Shown here piece after piece: positions 12,215 to 26,500 of a stretch of DNA of 64,000 nucleotides. The translations under genes were made by a program, and so were the position numbers. The notes beneath the pieces were generated by a model, which ran no database searches, was not told the DNA's origin, and saw nothing but the letters and a program-made list of their open reading frames with translations. How positions within the stretch are numbered: position 1 is the stretch's first letter; each line of letters opens with the position of its first letter. The DNA is taken from positions 5,704,001-5,768,000 of the forward strand of contig OZ024744.1 in assembly GCA_964016885.1 (NCBI GenBank), read 5' to 3'. The DNA comes from Eledone cirrhosa (lineage: Eukaryota).

Positions 12215-13163
12215 AATAATGGAGTTGCGGCGCTGCAAATGGGTTACATATGAAAAAGTTTGTCCTCATCAGTGGCCATCCAACCGTCGTAGGCATTTCG
12301 TCGCATTAACCTCATATACCTCAGGCCATATACCTCAGGTTGGTGCGAGCAACGGCTAAAAGTCGTTGGGACACACGTAAATAAAGGGGACGCTAGGGTA
12401 AACAAACAAAATGGTTTAAGCAGCAGAAAGAGAGGAAGAAGGAAACAAGTCCCAGATTTCTATGAATATAAATTCGGTGGAATCGTGAACGAGAGAATAA
12501 AGACCATCAAACCTGGTTGAAATGTGAGCAAGGAAGGAATTTCGCACAGGTCTAACGGGAGGAAGAAGGGGTCTGGTCTGCGAATTCGGTAAACATAAGT
12601 TCTGTCAAGTCGCAGACGAGAGAGAGAGAGAAAACATATTCATACCGGCTTGGCCAAGTGCCCGCGAGAAAAGGATTGTGGACAGGTCAAACGGGAAGAA
12701 AGGGGAGGAGGAGAGGTAGTGACAGAGAGTGAGTGAGTGAAAGGTGAGGAAGAGGCTAACAGAGAGAGACTGCTAGAAAGCTTAAAGACACAAAGAACGA
12801 AACAGACTGGTGGCAGCTGAGGAAAAAATATATGTGTAAATATGATAATAATGGAGTTGCGGCGCTGCAAATGGGTTACATATGAAAAAGTTTGTCCTCA
12901 TCAGTGGCCATCCAACCGTCGTAGGCATTTCGTCGCATTAAAGGCCATATACCTCAGGTTGGTGCGAGCAACGGCTAAAAGTCGTTGGGACACGTAAATA
13001 AAGGGGAGGCTAGGGTAAACAAACAAAATGGTTTAAGCAGCAGAAAGAGAGGAAGAAGGAAACAAGTCCCAGATTTCTATGAATATAAATTCGGTGGAAT
13101 CGTGAACGAGAGAATAAAGACCATCAAACCTGGTTGAAATGTGAGCAAGGAAGGAATTTCGCA
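12209..13163. repeat. ORF-less element with ~325-340 bp terminal direct repeats (period 632 bp), between (TA)n tracts
   Basis: 12211-12547 is repeated at 12843-13163. Confidence 0.85.
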
Positions 13164-13201
13164 TATATATATATATATATATATACATAGAGAGAGAGAG
13201 A

Positions 13202-13278
<77 letters not shown>

Positions 13279-14241
13279 AGAAAATGCGAAGTGGTCTCAG
13301 ATGTTAAAGTCCTTGATTGATAATGCTGTGATACATATTTCAATGACGACAGAGGCCACAGGATTCCGTGTACCAAGTGCCGTGATCTCATCAGACAACT
13401 TCTTACATAATAATTACCCGAGATAATCCAAAGTGAAACGACAAGGGAACAGACAAGGCGTGTGTTCTTGTATCCCTTGCCTGTTCCCATGTGAGCCTAT
13501 ATTCATCTCCACAGGTTTGCGCAGGCGCAAAAGTGAAGGAACCATCTACTACCCCAAACTCAACGACAACGAAACTATCCTAGGCAAGTCCCCCCTCCCC
13601 TTCAACCAAAACAATCACCCCTTACAGGCCGGTAATATGACACGGTTATAGTTTTCTGCTAGTCTCCCTGCCAGTGGCAGTTGACCGAAACCTAGTGGGG
13701 GTGGGAGAGTATGAGTTTCAATAGGTCTCAATACTACCGCTAATCTATACCTGGATAATAGGGTTGACCATCCCCGCTAAGAGAGTATAAACTTAATTCT
13801 AGATATTATGGTTTCACAGTGGAAATTAAGGTTGAAAATTAGAAACTAAAAGTTAAAATCTTGATTGAAGTAAATAAAAAAATAATATAAAATAAATAGG
13901 GAGATGTTTAAATCATAGTAAGAAATTTTGAAAAGGGGGTCAATATTGGATATTATATACCATCCATATATTGAACGATAGAACCGTAAAGTAGATCGGT
14001 AGATAAATAAGGTATGAAACGTACTAATTAGGCAAACAATTAGTTAAAATCTTTTCCTGCCACATGAATCAATACAAAAAGTACATAGATGCAAAATGAA
14101 AGAGGAAACATATATGAGAAAAAATATATACGAGAAATATACGGTAAGTATATATATATATGCAAATTAGGCTGCTCAGACGTTAATATGGATAAGGAAA
14201 GTATATACTTTCAGACGTTCAATCATCTGGCAGGAAGGTAT

Positions 14242-14284
14242 ACGGTGCTGACCATAGCTAATAAGCTTGAAACTAGTACATCGT
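14242..14284 (+). ncRNA. Minimal type I hammerhead-like motif, degenerate (G8 to C)
   Basis: acggtg-CTGACCA-t-agct-aata-agct-t-GAAAC-TA-GTA-catcgt, with a 6-bp stem I. Confidence 0.55.
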
Positions 14285-14650
14285 TCCTTTGTCAGTGTTG
14301 AACAAAAGGGCAACGATGGTTGCTAAACACTGTACGGCTTAATTCGGGATGTTTGTTTACAAAAAAAAACGAGCATTATAATAAATTTTCGGTGAATCCA
14401 TACGTACATATATATATATATATGTGCATGTATGTATATATATATACATACTACTGTACGTCTGTATACATATATGTATGTACGTATACATACTTATATT
14501 TAAGTAACAGCCGTACTAAGAGTGAGAAATGAAATTTCGTTTCATTTTTTTCAATTTATATATATATATATATATATTATCCCACCGCTTGCGACTGCTG
14601 GACTTGAAAACAGTCCAGCAGTTTTCTCTATTGTTTTCAAGTCCAGCAGT

Positions 14651-14692
14651 CCGTCCTAACGAAGGCCAGTCAAGCCTGAAATGCATATACGG
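14651..14692 (+). ncRNA. Minimal type I hammerhead-like motif, degenerate (G5 to A)
   Basis: ccgtc-CTAACGA-aggc-cagtcaa-gcct-GAAA-TGCA-TA-tacgg. Preceded by a 20-bp inverted repeat (about 14593-14651). Confidence 0.5.
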
Positions 14693-14793
14693 TTGTCCCC
14701 CTTGCTTCTGCTGGACACCACCAGAGGGCGTTAGCCCTGGTGTTTGCATAGATACGGTTTCCTAAAACCGTGTTTGTTTAGAAATACGAAATT

Positions 14794-14940
<147 letters not shown>

Positions 14941-14943
14941 ATA

Positions 14944-15290
14944 TAGTATAAAAAAACGAAAAATCAGTGATGCATCTGGACTCAGTTTATTGCGTGCTAC
15001 AATTGTTTCGCCGGCAGGTAGCTCGAGACATGATCACTGTATGGATCTGGCTGATTCTACGACTGCAGGTTCCTTCGGACACAGGCAATTCTTACGGCGC
15101 AAATTTTCTCACTTGGATGTTATGAGAAAATTTGCTCCGTAAGAATTGCCTGTGTCCGAAGGAACCTGCAGCCGTAGAATCAGCCAGATCCATACAGTGA
15201 TCATGTCTCGAGCTACCTGCCGGCGAAACAATTGTAGCACGCAATAAACTGAGTCCAGATGCATCACTGATTTTTCGTTTTTTTATACTA
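14944..15290. repeat. Near-perfect palindrome (~165-bp arms) carrying the 3' half of a hammerhead in each arm
   Basis: Arms are reverse complements around a loop at ~15111-15122. Contains cGAAAC-AATT-GTA-gcac-gc-AATAAA. Confidence 0.9.
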
Positions 15291-15406
15291 TTCACACTCT
15301 GCTCTGTATGAATATTTTGGCATACCGCCTATGGAAGCACCATAGGTACCATTATACACAAGTATATATATATATATATATATATATATAATGATTTATT
15401 ATATAT

Positions 15407-16039
<633 letters not shown>

Positions 16040-16099
16040 GGGATAACGAAGTATTGTTATAGGTAGTCCATTTAGATGTAGTCCAGTTAGGGTACTCCG

Positions 16100-16635
16100 A
16101 GTAGTGGATAGTATTAACGCTTGGCTAAGTTTGACTCAACAAGACGTTTCCATAGTGATGCTGCGAGTACGCGGTGATTTCTATGTTGTTTACACTTGGA
16201 GTAATAATAAATCAAGAAAGAAGAGTGACACGGTTTGCTATACAATAAGGGCTTTATTCACATTGCTGACAATTGTTTCTTTGAACTGGTAGGTCTAGAG
16301 ATCGCTACCCGCCTGTTTCTGCGTCAATCGATCACCAATACATAGTTATAACCAGTCAATTCATCAGAGCTTGCAAGAATGAAGGGAATACACAGGCAGG
16401 GCTTCTATATATAGTAGTGGCATTAAATCAGAACAATAACAACAATACTAACAATGCCAACAGTAAATTAGTTGAAATAATCACAACATCAATCTAAGTA
16501 AAACAGAGTATACTTATGACTTTAGAAACAGGCGGGTAGCGATCTCTAGACCTACCAGTTCAGAGAAACAATTGTCAGCAATTTGATTAAAGCCCTTATT
16601 ATATATCAAACAGTGTCACTCTTCTTTCTTGATTT
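16100..16635 (-). mobile_element. PLE-type terminal module with an extended-stem-II hammerhead (16265-16370, -) and an inverted partial copy (16525-16635, +)
   Basis: On -: gct-CTGATGA-a-ttga-ctggt-(~65 nt)-accag-t-tcaa-a-GAAAC-AATT-GTC-agc...AATAAA. Homologous to 19540-19935. Confidence 0.75.
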
Positions 16636-17752
16636 ATATATATATATATATTTCGCTCTCAAATAAAATTATGTTAATGTTAAGTTAAATTTGTGTCTAG
16701 TCCTATGTTAAACACCTTTTTTGTCAAGTGGAATGAAATGAGATCAATTATATTTAAAGAAACAAACAAAATATCAACAAAAAAAAATCATGTTAAAATG
16801 TTGATTAATAAGATAATTAAGGAAACACGACATAATTAGAAAAATACAAAAAATGAGACAAAATCTTTACAAAAACACAAATCATTTATTGAAAAATTCA
16901 AAAATATGAGAAACTCAATTATTGCATATGGCTGATTATTATAACATGGTGGAAGCGAGTGTAAAAGAAAGTAAAATATAATGAAATAGAATAAAATAAG
17001 GTAAAATAAATAATTTTAAGAAATCAGTAAAATAAATGTAAATAACGCAACATTCTTTTAAACGAAAAATTTGTGTTAGAGGTATGAAATTATTTTATAA
17101 TAGCTAGTTCTAAATTTTCACTCATTAATGAATATAAGAGTAAGGCAGAGAGTGAGAGAAAGGAGGAGATAGATAGGTAGATAGAGAGATAGAGATAGAG
17201 AGAGAGAGAGAGAGAAAGAAAGAAAGAAAGAGAGTGAGAAAGAGATAGAGAGAGAGAGCGAGTGAGAATGAAACAGAGAGAGAGAGAGAAAGAAAGAGAG
17301 AGAGAGAGACTGAGAGAGAGAGATAGGGAGAGGGAGAGAGAGATTGTTGTAATTTGTATATTGCAGGTCACCTTTGATGGACCATACTTACGTAGTCAAC
17401 CAAAAAACGAGGTACGAGACAGAAATATGTTGTTCAAAGATATGATTCTTAGAAAGAATGCTTGTCTTCTCTCCGTGTGTTTGGGAAGTGAGTTTGTACT
17501 TGTCATTAATTTTTGTCGTCCGTTTTCAATTAAAATAAATATACTATAGAAATTTGAAAATCGTTCAACTATCTTTATTATTCAGCTACCACATGCATGA
17601 CAGCAGTTTTTGTCGCAGGACTGAGGTCACGTTATGGTATTGACTAGTTATCGACATGGATAGAAACTTGGAAAAGGTCAAGAGCATGGTGGCCAGTCGA
17701 AATCAGAAATGAGCTGAGAGAAAGAAGTGCGTGAAAGATTGGCTGGAGTTTG

Positions 17753-17834
<82 letters not shown>

Positions 17835-18050
17835 CCGGCAATCGCTCTGTATAATCAGCTCCTGATTATTACTGGAATTCTATAAGAATCCAGCTTCCAG
17901 AATTCTCGGCAAAGGCCGATCACTCTCAGCTGCTATTTGCCGAGATTAAGTAAGTGACATAGTCACTACTTTAAAACTCATAGCGAATGTCTTTTAATTG
18001 TTTTTAATTAAACATACAGTATATTGCCTAATATACTATACATACATTCA
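17835..18050 (+). repeat. Diverged copy of the 319-nt hammerhead repeat family with the ribozyme core lost
   Basis: Aligns to 42735-42998. The outer stem (ctcggcaaa/tttgccgag) is retained; flanked by TA. Confidence 0.7.
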
Positions 18051-18187
18051 TATAAATATATATATATATGTATATATATATAAATATATATATATATTGT
18101 TATACTAGGGGAGGGTCACAAGTATAACAATATTTGTTTCGACACATGATTTCATATCAAAAACTTCACAAAACAAATTCATAACCG

Positions 18188-18235
<48 letters not shown>

Positions 18236-18354
18236 TAATAGATCTATAAAGTTAACGTATATATATATTTATATATACACATACATACGCACACGTGTTT
18301 TGTGTTTGAGCAATCTGTGGTTATAAGTGGAGTCTCCCAACCATTTTGAGTATC

Positions 18355-18652
18355 CATCATCATCGTTATCATCATCATCATTATAACCACCATCACCACC
18401 ATCACCATCATCATCATCATTATCATCATCATCATCACCATCACCACCACCACCGCCATCACCACCATCACCACCACGAACACCACCACCACCACCATCA
18501 CCACCATCACCACCACCACCACTACCACCACCATCACATCCACCACCACCATCACCACCGCATCCACCACCACCACCACCATCACCACCGCATCCACCAC
18601 CACCACACCACCACCACCATCACTATTACATTCCCCCATCCCCCCACCACCA
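18355..18652. repeat. (CAT/CAC)n trinucleotide microsatellite
   Basis: Direct reading. Confidence 0.95.
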
Positions 18653-19669
18653 TGGGTTGACAGATAAGTATTTTTTTCTGTTGTATCAACTTAGTGAGAT
18701 TGATGGAGGGAGTGTATAGAGATGTATGGTTCCTTGGTAGCTGGTATTAAGTGAAGTTGTAGATTCAGTATGTTAAGGTTTAGGTGGTTTATTCTAAATG
18801 TTGGGATTGCTAGTCCGAATCATGGGGGTTTAGATTTCACAGCATCAATGACAAAATAGCATATAATTAAGACAATAACATCAACAATAAAATATGCATG
18901 GTAAATAGATAGAGAACATGATGAATACAATTAGGGATTGGGTACATTGAGATGATCATAATAGTAATAAGAAGAAAATAAGAGTCTCAAAGGAGTGTAA
19001 GGGTAATAAGATAATGTACTTAGAGTTAGGTTCATCTGTTAGAGTTCATGGGTGCTAATGTGAGATATGTAGATATAATTGTGTGACCCGAAAGAATAAA
19101 CAACAGCAAAGACGAGATTGATTTATGGGCTGACGAGATAATTGGTAGATGTTTGTAGACATTCCTGCCCTGTCTTGGTGGTATAGATGTTGGGTGGCTG
19201 GAAGGTGTTTATAGAAGATTATGGTTCGGAAGTGGGCTGTGTGGGAATGATACAACAGAAAAAAATACTTATCTGTCAAACCATAAATCAATCTCCGGTT
19301 GATTGCTAGTAGGCTTTCATACCAACAGCCCACTTGTATCTAAATCCCTCATAATTGTATTTAAAGTGTAGATTCCAAAATCTGACTCTAAGAACATTTT
19401 AGTAGTTATCTCTTTATCTAAGTTAATTCCGCCCTCACCTACTACCGCTAATGTACTCTATGGTAGATTTCGCATGTCAATTCATACATCTGTATCATAT
19501 CAGTTCGTTTACCATGCTTGTTTTATCATTATACTCTATTTCTTACTTATATTGATGTTATTATTTTAATTATTCAGTATCTAGACATTTTGTTACTGAT
19601 GTTATTGTTCTGGTCTAACACCACTCTTCTATAAAAGCCATGCCTTGCGTATTATCCTCACATCCACGA

Positions 19670-19776
19670 ACTCTGATGAATTGACTGGTTGTAAACAAAG
19701 TATTGGAGATCGATTGACGCAACACCAAGCGATTAGCGAGCTCTAGACCTACCAGATCAACGAAACAATTGTCAGC
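19670..19776 (+). ncRNA. Extended-stem-II type I hammerhead (second copy of the 16.3 kb family)
   Basis: ct-CTGATGA-a-ttga-ctggt...accag-a-tcaa-c-GAAAC-AATT-GTC-agc followed by AATAAA. Confidence 0.7.
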
Positions 19777-20179
19777 ACCGTGAATAAAGCCCTTATTGTA
19801 CAGCCAACCATCTTACTCTTCTTTCTTGAATTATTATTACTCCAAGTATAACCTACATAGAAATCACCGTGAACTCGCTGCATCGCTATGGAAGCGTCTT
19901 GTTGAGTCAAACTAAGCCGCACGTTAAAACCATCCACAACATGTAAACATTCACACACATATATATATGTAAGTGATTTGTGTATTTTCATTGTGCTTGT
20001 TTATAATCTGGAAGCAACAATCTGTGTAGAATCGCCATATTGAATTGTCAGACATCTTGTATGCTTTATTGTTATTTTGACATGAGTTCTTCAATCAATT
20101 CTTCTCTTTTATAATTCACATCATTCTCATACTTTTTCTTTTTTCTTTTATTAGTTGATGTTTATTTCATTTCTTCCAT

Positions 20180-20227
<48 letters not shown>

Positions 20228-20228
<1 letters not shown>

Positions 20229-20275
20229 GGACCTGATGAAGGGTAATGACCCAGAAACATGTTTATTGTTCTTCG
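20228..20275 (+). ncRNA. Hammerhead-like motif, degenerate
   Basis: cggac-CTGATGA-a-gggt-aatg-accc-a-GAAAC..., directly after a TA tract; stem I is imperfect. Confidence 0.45.
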
Positions 20276-20459
20276 ATGCTACTGTTGAACAAAAGGACGG
20301 TGATAGCCGTCAAGGCCGTTTGCTTGCAAACGAATCGAATATTATTATTATTATTCGATATAACCCATACTTGCACACACATACACACAGACACACACAC
20401 ACATATATATATATATACATGTGTATTTATATATGTATGTATATATGTTTTTTTGTGTA

Positions 20460-20993
20460 ACAAGAGACTCCTAGTGTTCATTAAGACATCTCTCTAGGAG
20501 AAGGTCACTCTGAGATAAAACCTGCGACTTTGTTTACATCCAATAATTGTTTCTACTTTTGGAACAAGGCCAGCAATTAACCAGTGCATTACTGGTACTT
20601 TATTTTATCGACCCCTTAAGAATGAATGGTAAAGTTAACCTCGATGGGATTTGAACTCAAACCGTAAAGGGACGTAACTGTGCTGGAAAGCACGGTGTCC
20701 GACTCTCTACCGATACTGCCAATTCAGCTACGCCATTTACATCCAATAATGTAGACCAGTTGTTCTTTATGGGTAAATACATTTGATGTTCGGAGAGTGG
20801 GATTGGCCCCGTGCAAAGCCTTTCCTCACTCAAAAAAGCTTCAAGTACAGGCAGCACTTGATATGTGACATTTGTTGCGATGCATTGTATTGCTGGCTAT
20901 AGGCAAGTCCCTACCAGGACTAGGAATCCCCTCCGTGATGTTCATGTTTAAGTATCAAGCGATGGCATTACTCAAAATTGAGTTGCAACCATC
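20460..20993 (+). mobile_element. Old non-autonomous RTE-derived element interrupted by a SINE
   Basis: Carries ctaggagaaggtcactctga, gagagtgggattggc and the 3' end gttgcaaccatca. Confidence 0.55.
20548..20735 (-). mobile_element. tRNA/Nin-domain SINE with a 15-bp target-site duplication
   Basis: TSD tttacatccaataat at 20533-20547 and 20736-20750; homologous to 15407-15608. Confidence 0.85.
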
Positions 20994-21209
20994 ACATATA
21001 TAGATATATACATACGCACACACACATATATATGTATGTATTTTTGTATGTCTGTTTGTATGTATGCATGTATGTATGTATATACGTATGTATGTACGTG
21101 TGTAATTATGCATACATGTATGTATGTTTGCATTTATGTACATGTGTATGTATGTATGTACGCATGAATGTATGTATTTAATTATATATATATTTATATA
21201 CATATGTAT

Positions 21210-21254
<45 letters not shown>

Positions 21255-21376
21255 CATACATATGTATATAAATATATATATAATTAAATACATACATACA
21301 TGCGTACATACATACATACACAAATATATGTACATACATACACATGTACATACATATATATTTATATATATATATT

Positions 21377-21473
<97 letters not shown>

Positions 21474-21497
21474 GTATATATGTAAGTGTGTATATAT

Positions 21498-21771
21498 GTC
21501 ACGACACCTTTCTAAGAGAGGGAAACTCTGAAAAAAGCGTGCGTCTTCGAAAGCATCCGCAGTTGTTGACCAGTTCTCTTTTTCGGGTAGTGTTTTCGAT
21601 GCAAGAGAGTGGGATTGGTCGGGAGCACGGCTTACAAAACCTTCAAAGCACAGGCATTGCTTGTTCAGGATATGTTGCAGCAGGTGTGGTTGGCCGTAGC
21701 TTAAAAAGTGTACCAGACTCTATTATCTGACAAGCGAATGCAATAATTTTTGCAGAGTTTGCAGCCATCAT
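21498..21771 (+). mobile_element. Old non-autonomous RTE-derived element
   Basis: Shares gagagtgggattgg, gcacaggcattgc and the 3' end tttgcagccatcat plus ATGT with families 1 and 2. Confidence 0.5.
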
Positions 21772-21846
21772 ATGTATGTACATTTAAATACGCATGTATT
21801 TATATATGTAAATATATACATATATATTATATGTATGTATATATGC

Positions 21847-21914
<68 letters not shown>

Positions 21915-21923
<9 letters not shown>

Positions 21924-22281
21924 TGTACATATAGTGTATTTTGCAATACACTGTATGCTTAATTAAAAGCATTTCGAAGATCTTACGCTCTTGTTTTAGA
22001 GTAGTGACTGTCTCACTTACTTTAATTTTCAGCAAACAGGGGAGATAAAGCTGACAGAGCTCTGTTTCGCACTTTTTGGTACTTATCAAATCTAAGTGCG
22101 AAACAGAGCTCTGTCAGCTTTATCTCCCCTGTTTGCTGAAAGTTAAAGTAAGTGAGACAGTCACTACTCTAAAACAATAGCATAAGGTCTTCGAAATGCT
22201 TTTAATTAAGCATACAGTGTATTGCAAAGTACACTATATATACATTCATATATATATAGCTATTTCAGAGTGCCAATTCTA
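21915..22281. repeat. Palindromic (head-to-head) copy of the 319-nt hammerhead repeat family; HHR at 22050-22092 on -
   Basis: ~155-bp arms fold back at ~22073-22094. On -: TTGATAA-gtac-caaaaa-gtgc-GAAAC-agagctct-GTC-agc. Confidence 0.85.
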
Positions 22282-22289
22282 ATATATAT

Positions 22290-22429
<140 letters not shown>

Positions 22430-23509
22430 CGGAAAAGATTGTTTTGGTAAAAACAGGAGTAAACAGGAGAAAGCTCTCAACAATTGTTGTTTTAATTACG
22501 ATGGAGAATTTTATAAAAATAACAAAATAAGATGCTGAGATTATATATATCGTTTAATCCTTATAATTATTTCCATGGTTTTCCATGCGATCGAGATACT
22601 CTTCATGCATTCGCTGTTGATTATGAGAACGGTATCCTCAGATGAATAACTGATATGTTTGAAATGTCGTTGGCAGGAAAAAACCCACGTCCTATTGCTT
22701 GTGAGCCCAGCAGACATATGAGTTCCTTGAAGGGTTCGTTAGAAAAAGTTATCAACGAAAAAAAACGAAAAGCTGTGTAGCCAAAGCCCTGTAGACAGTG
22801 GAAGGAATAAATGGAGATCTAAGGGGGGGGTATATATTTTGTTGACAACCACCTTAATACAACAACTACAACAACAACAATAACAACAACAACGACAATG
22901 ACAGTAACACCAAGCCTCCGACCAATAACGTCCACACTGGCCGCAGTAGACGTAGTGATTTTACTACCCTACTGACAATAAGATCTAAAGCAACAGTTAC
23001 AACAACAACAACAGCAATAACGACAACAACAGCAAAAACACAGACCAGCGTCGCATACACAGGCCGCAGCAGTCGTAGTGACGGAGCAACCCTGTCGATA
23101 ATAACAACGAAAACGCCAAAGCAATAAATGGGAGTTCTGAGGTAGGTGGGTACACAGAATTGGTGGTATCAATCACCATGACCATATATAGCAACAACAA
23201 CAATAGTAACGGCAACAAACATTAACACCATCCATCACCTACCCCGTTCGTCGCAGTAGTGATCCCAACACGGTGCCACTGTAGTTAAGACTGAATGCTA
23301 TTGTGGTTAACAGTTTTTTCTGCACTGTAATTATTGCTAGCCTTGTGCCTTAGAATGATAGAGAGGACTGTATTAACTGTGCATGTATTTATTTATATAT
23401 ATATAAATACTCATCCATATTTCTATCCCATTTTCGCTTCCTTGTTTCAACGGACTACTATTGTGGTTAGTTTATCTTTCATGGAAGCGTTGCCTTTTCC
23501 TCTTGCCGC

Positions 23510-26500
23510 AGTCACCATATTATGTACATGGATGTCTTCCACATTGCTGTAGCTTTTAATGTGTTTATTATCGGGGTTATCTTTTCTACGGATTGCATTG
23601 TACAGTGTTTTGGCCACTACATCATGCCTCATAGGTAGATAGTACCGCGATGACATCTTTCGACAGCTGCTGATGACATGGGTGATATCCTCGATGTTAG
23701 TTCTGCAGAGTCTGCACTTGTTATCACATCTAGGTGTTTTTCCTGCAACCCTATCTCTTTTGTGAATCAGGTATTTCGTGTTAATCTCCTGTTCTTGGAT
23801 TGCAAAAGCATATCCTTCAAAGTGGGAGCCAATATAGCGGTTGTTGGTCCAAGATAGACTACTTTCCTTATCTATATTACTCTCACTCTGGAGCTTCCTG
23901 GCAACATATCCATGCATGTAGTTTTTCATCCATGGATTCACTGCGATATGCTGAGCGACATCCCTGGGTGAGAGTTTTAGATTATCACAAAGGGAATATC
24001 TCTCGAGGAGTTCCTTCCCAACTCTCATGATTTTTATCTGTTTCATGCAGATAGACTTGCACGAGAGACGGGCTCCTACGCTTCGAGTTTCGTAGATGTT
24101 GTCGGATAGATATGATGAGACATTCAAATGCTGTCTGGATTGATGTTAGGCCTCTGCCTCCCTGCTTACGTTTCAAGTCACTGTTGATGTGGAAGTTTCC
24201 GGTGTTGTTTAGTGTCTTTCGAGTTCCAACATCAACTGCTCGGATTTCGTCTATCGTCCAATTGAGTATTCCAAACGTTGGTGTTAGGACAGGCACAGCA
24301 AACACATTGTAAGCCACTGTTTTGTTTTGTGCAGAGTTCCGATGACCAGATCTTTCTTAATCGGGTGTAGTATTCCCTGGTGACGCGTTCTTTATTACAG
24401 ATACCATTATAGGATATGTTCTCATCTATCCCCAGATATCTGTAGCAGTCCTCATCAGATATCGGTGAAACAGTTAGGCCATTGATACAAATGTTGCTAG
24501 ATTGGGCTGGTGTTTTTCCCCATTTTACAGTCATGTATGAGCATTTATCTTGGCCAAACTCCATTCCTATATCCTTTGAGAACGTTGTAACCAGGTCAAG
24601 ATTTTTCTTCATCCCATCCATGTTCTTGGCATAGAGTTTCAGATCGTCCACAAAGAAATTATGGGTTAGGTTCGTATTTCTGTCCTCCTGTGAGCCAATG
24701 ATGTATCCTTCACATTTCTTGAGCAGAAAGGACAAGGGGTTTAATATCACAGAGATGAATAATATCACAGAGAGACTGTCCCTCTGAAATATACCCCTGC
24801 AATATTTTATTTTATCAGTGAAAATAGAGTCCTCCCTCTCTGTCTTTAACCTTAGGATAGCCCAGGAAGAAGACAGCCTCTCTATTGCTCTGACAATAAT
24901 GTCTAAGACTTTAGCAAGTTGGAGGGCCTCTATCATCCAAGAGTGGGGAACAGAATTGAAAGCTTTCCTGTAGTCCAGCCAGAGTGTAGCCATATTCCTC
25001 CTAAACTGTCGCACCTCCGACATCGCAGTTTTGTTGATTAGGAGTTGTTCAGAACATCCCCAAACCCCTTTCTTTCCAGCTGCTTGTTCATCTGTGATGA
25101 TGTTATTATTTTCACAGTGATCTTGGAAGAATAGGTTCAGGCAGGCTGTATACATCTTATACATCAGGTTCTGGCATGCAATGGGTCGGTAGTTTTTTGC
25201 CAAGTGGGTGTCTTTGTTCTTGGGGACCAGGAATGTTTGTGCTAATGTTAACCATTCTGGTATAAGTGTATCTCCCTTAAGAACTTGTTGGTAGAGGTCA
25301 GTAAGATACCTCCGATAGAATATCAGTTTTTTTGTACCAGTAGCCGACAATCATGTCAATCTCTTCCTGGTGTTTTCTTATCTTGGATTTTTTCTATCAC
25401 AGTCTTTAGAGTACCCTCACCTGTTTCGTATGTTTTTGTAGTAGTGTAGGAGCAATAGTTCTTTTAGATTTCTTTTAGCCACACTGTATCTTGATTGAAA
25501 TTCTTCTTTTCACCCCATATTCCAAAAGGAATCTATGTCTTTCGAGGGTGGGGCCTCAGTGACACTTATTATTTTGTTCTTCATATCTCTATAGACTGAT
25601 GTTTGGTTTCGTCTGAATCTGTTATTAAGTACTTTTCTTTTATCTACCTTCTTCAGGTATCGGCGTTTTTCGCTAACAGCTCTCAATTCTTGTTTGAGGG
25701 TGATCAGCTTATATTGAAGAGTTCTGGTTCTACTGTTACCAAACAATCGTCTCTATTTTATTTTTCACTCTTTGTTGGGGAGGAGTGAGGTTTTTTTGTG
25801 TTTGTTTGCATGTAAGGAGCATTTTAGTTATATATGATGGTATTTTTGGTGGTGTTCTGTTCTTGTTAATATCTCTGCTATCACCAATATAATACTTCAC
25901 TGTCGTTGCTAAGGCATATAAACAGGCGTTGATTTGCCAAAATGTTGGGGTTTTTATCCGTCATAAATATTCATCCCCTATTTCCTCAGTAACACGTAAT
26001 ATTTCATTATTTTATTAAACATTGTCGTTTTAACACGTTCAGCAACAGAGATATTTATACATGAATTAATTTCTCTCTGGAAGATTTCGTTGAGGGAAAA
26101 TTTCAATTGTTTATACTTTTGATTATTATCATTACGATAGTATTTTCCACAACAGTCGAGGTAGACTCGGATGGTACACCTGGTGTCAAATTTCTTCGAT
26201 TATTATTATTATTTCTTCGTAAGGATGAAAGGCCGAGGTTAACTTTGCCTTTCATCCTTACGGGGTCGATAAAATAAAGTACCAGTAATGCACTGGGTAA
26301 TTGCTGGCCTTGTGCCTAACGTAGAAACAATTATTTCTTCGATTTATTATTATTTCTTCGATTATTATTATTATCGATAGTGTTTTCCCCCAGCATTCGA
26401 GGTAGACTTAGATGGTACAGGTGGTGTCATGTTTCTTACAGGCATAGTTGTTTCAAGGCACTGTTCGACCTGGCTGCTAGGAAGTCTAGTAACATGGCGA

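Noticed and set aside
18244-18660. Poly-His / poly-Val-Met ORFs
   Set aside because: They are confined to a (CAC/CAT)n microsatellite with no unique coding flank.
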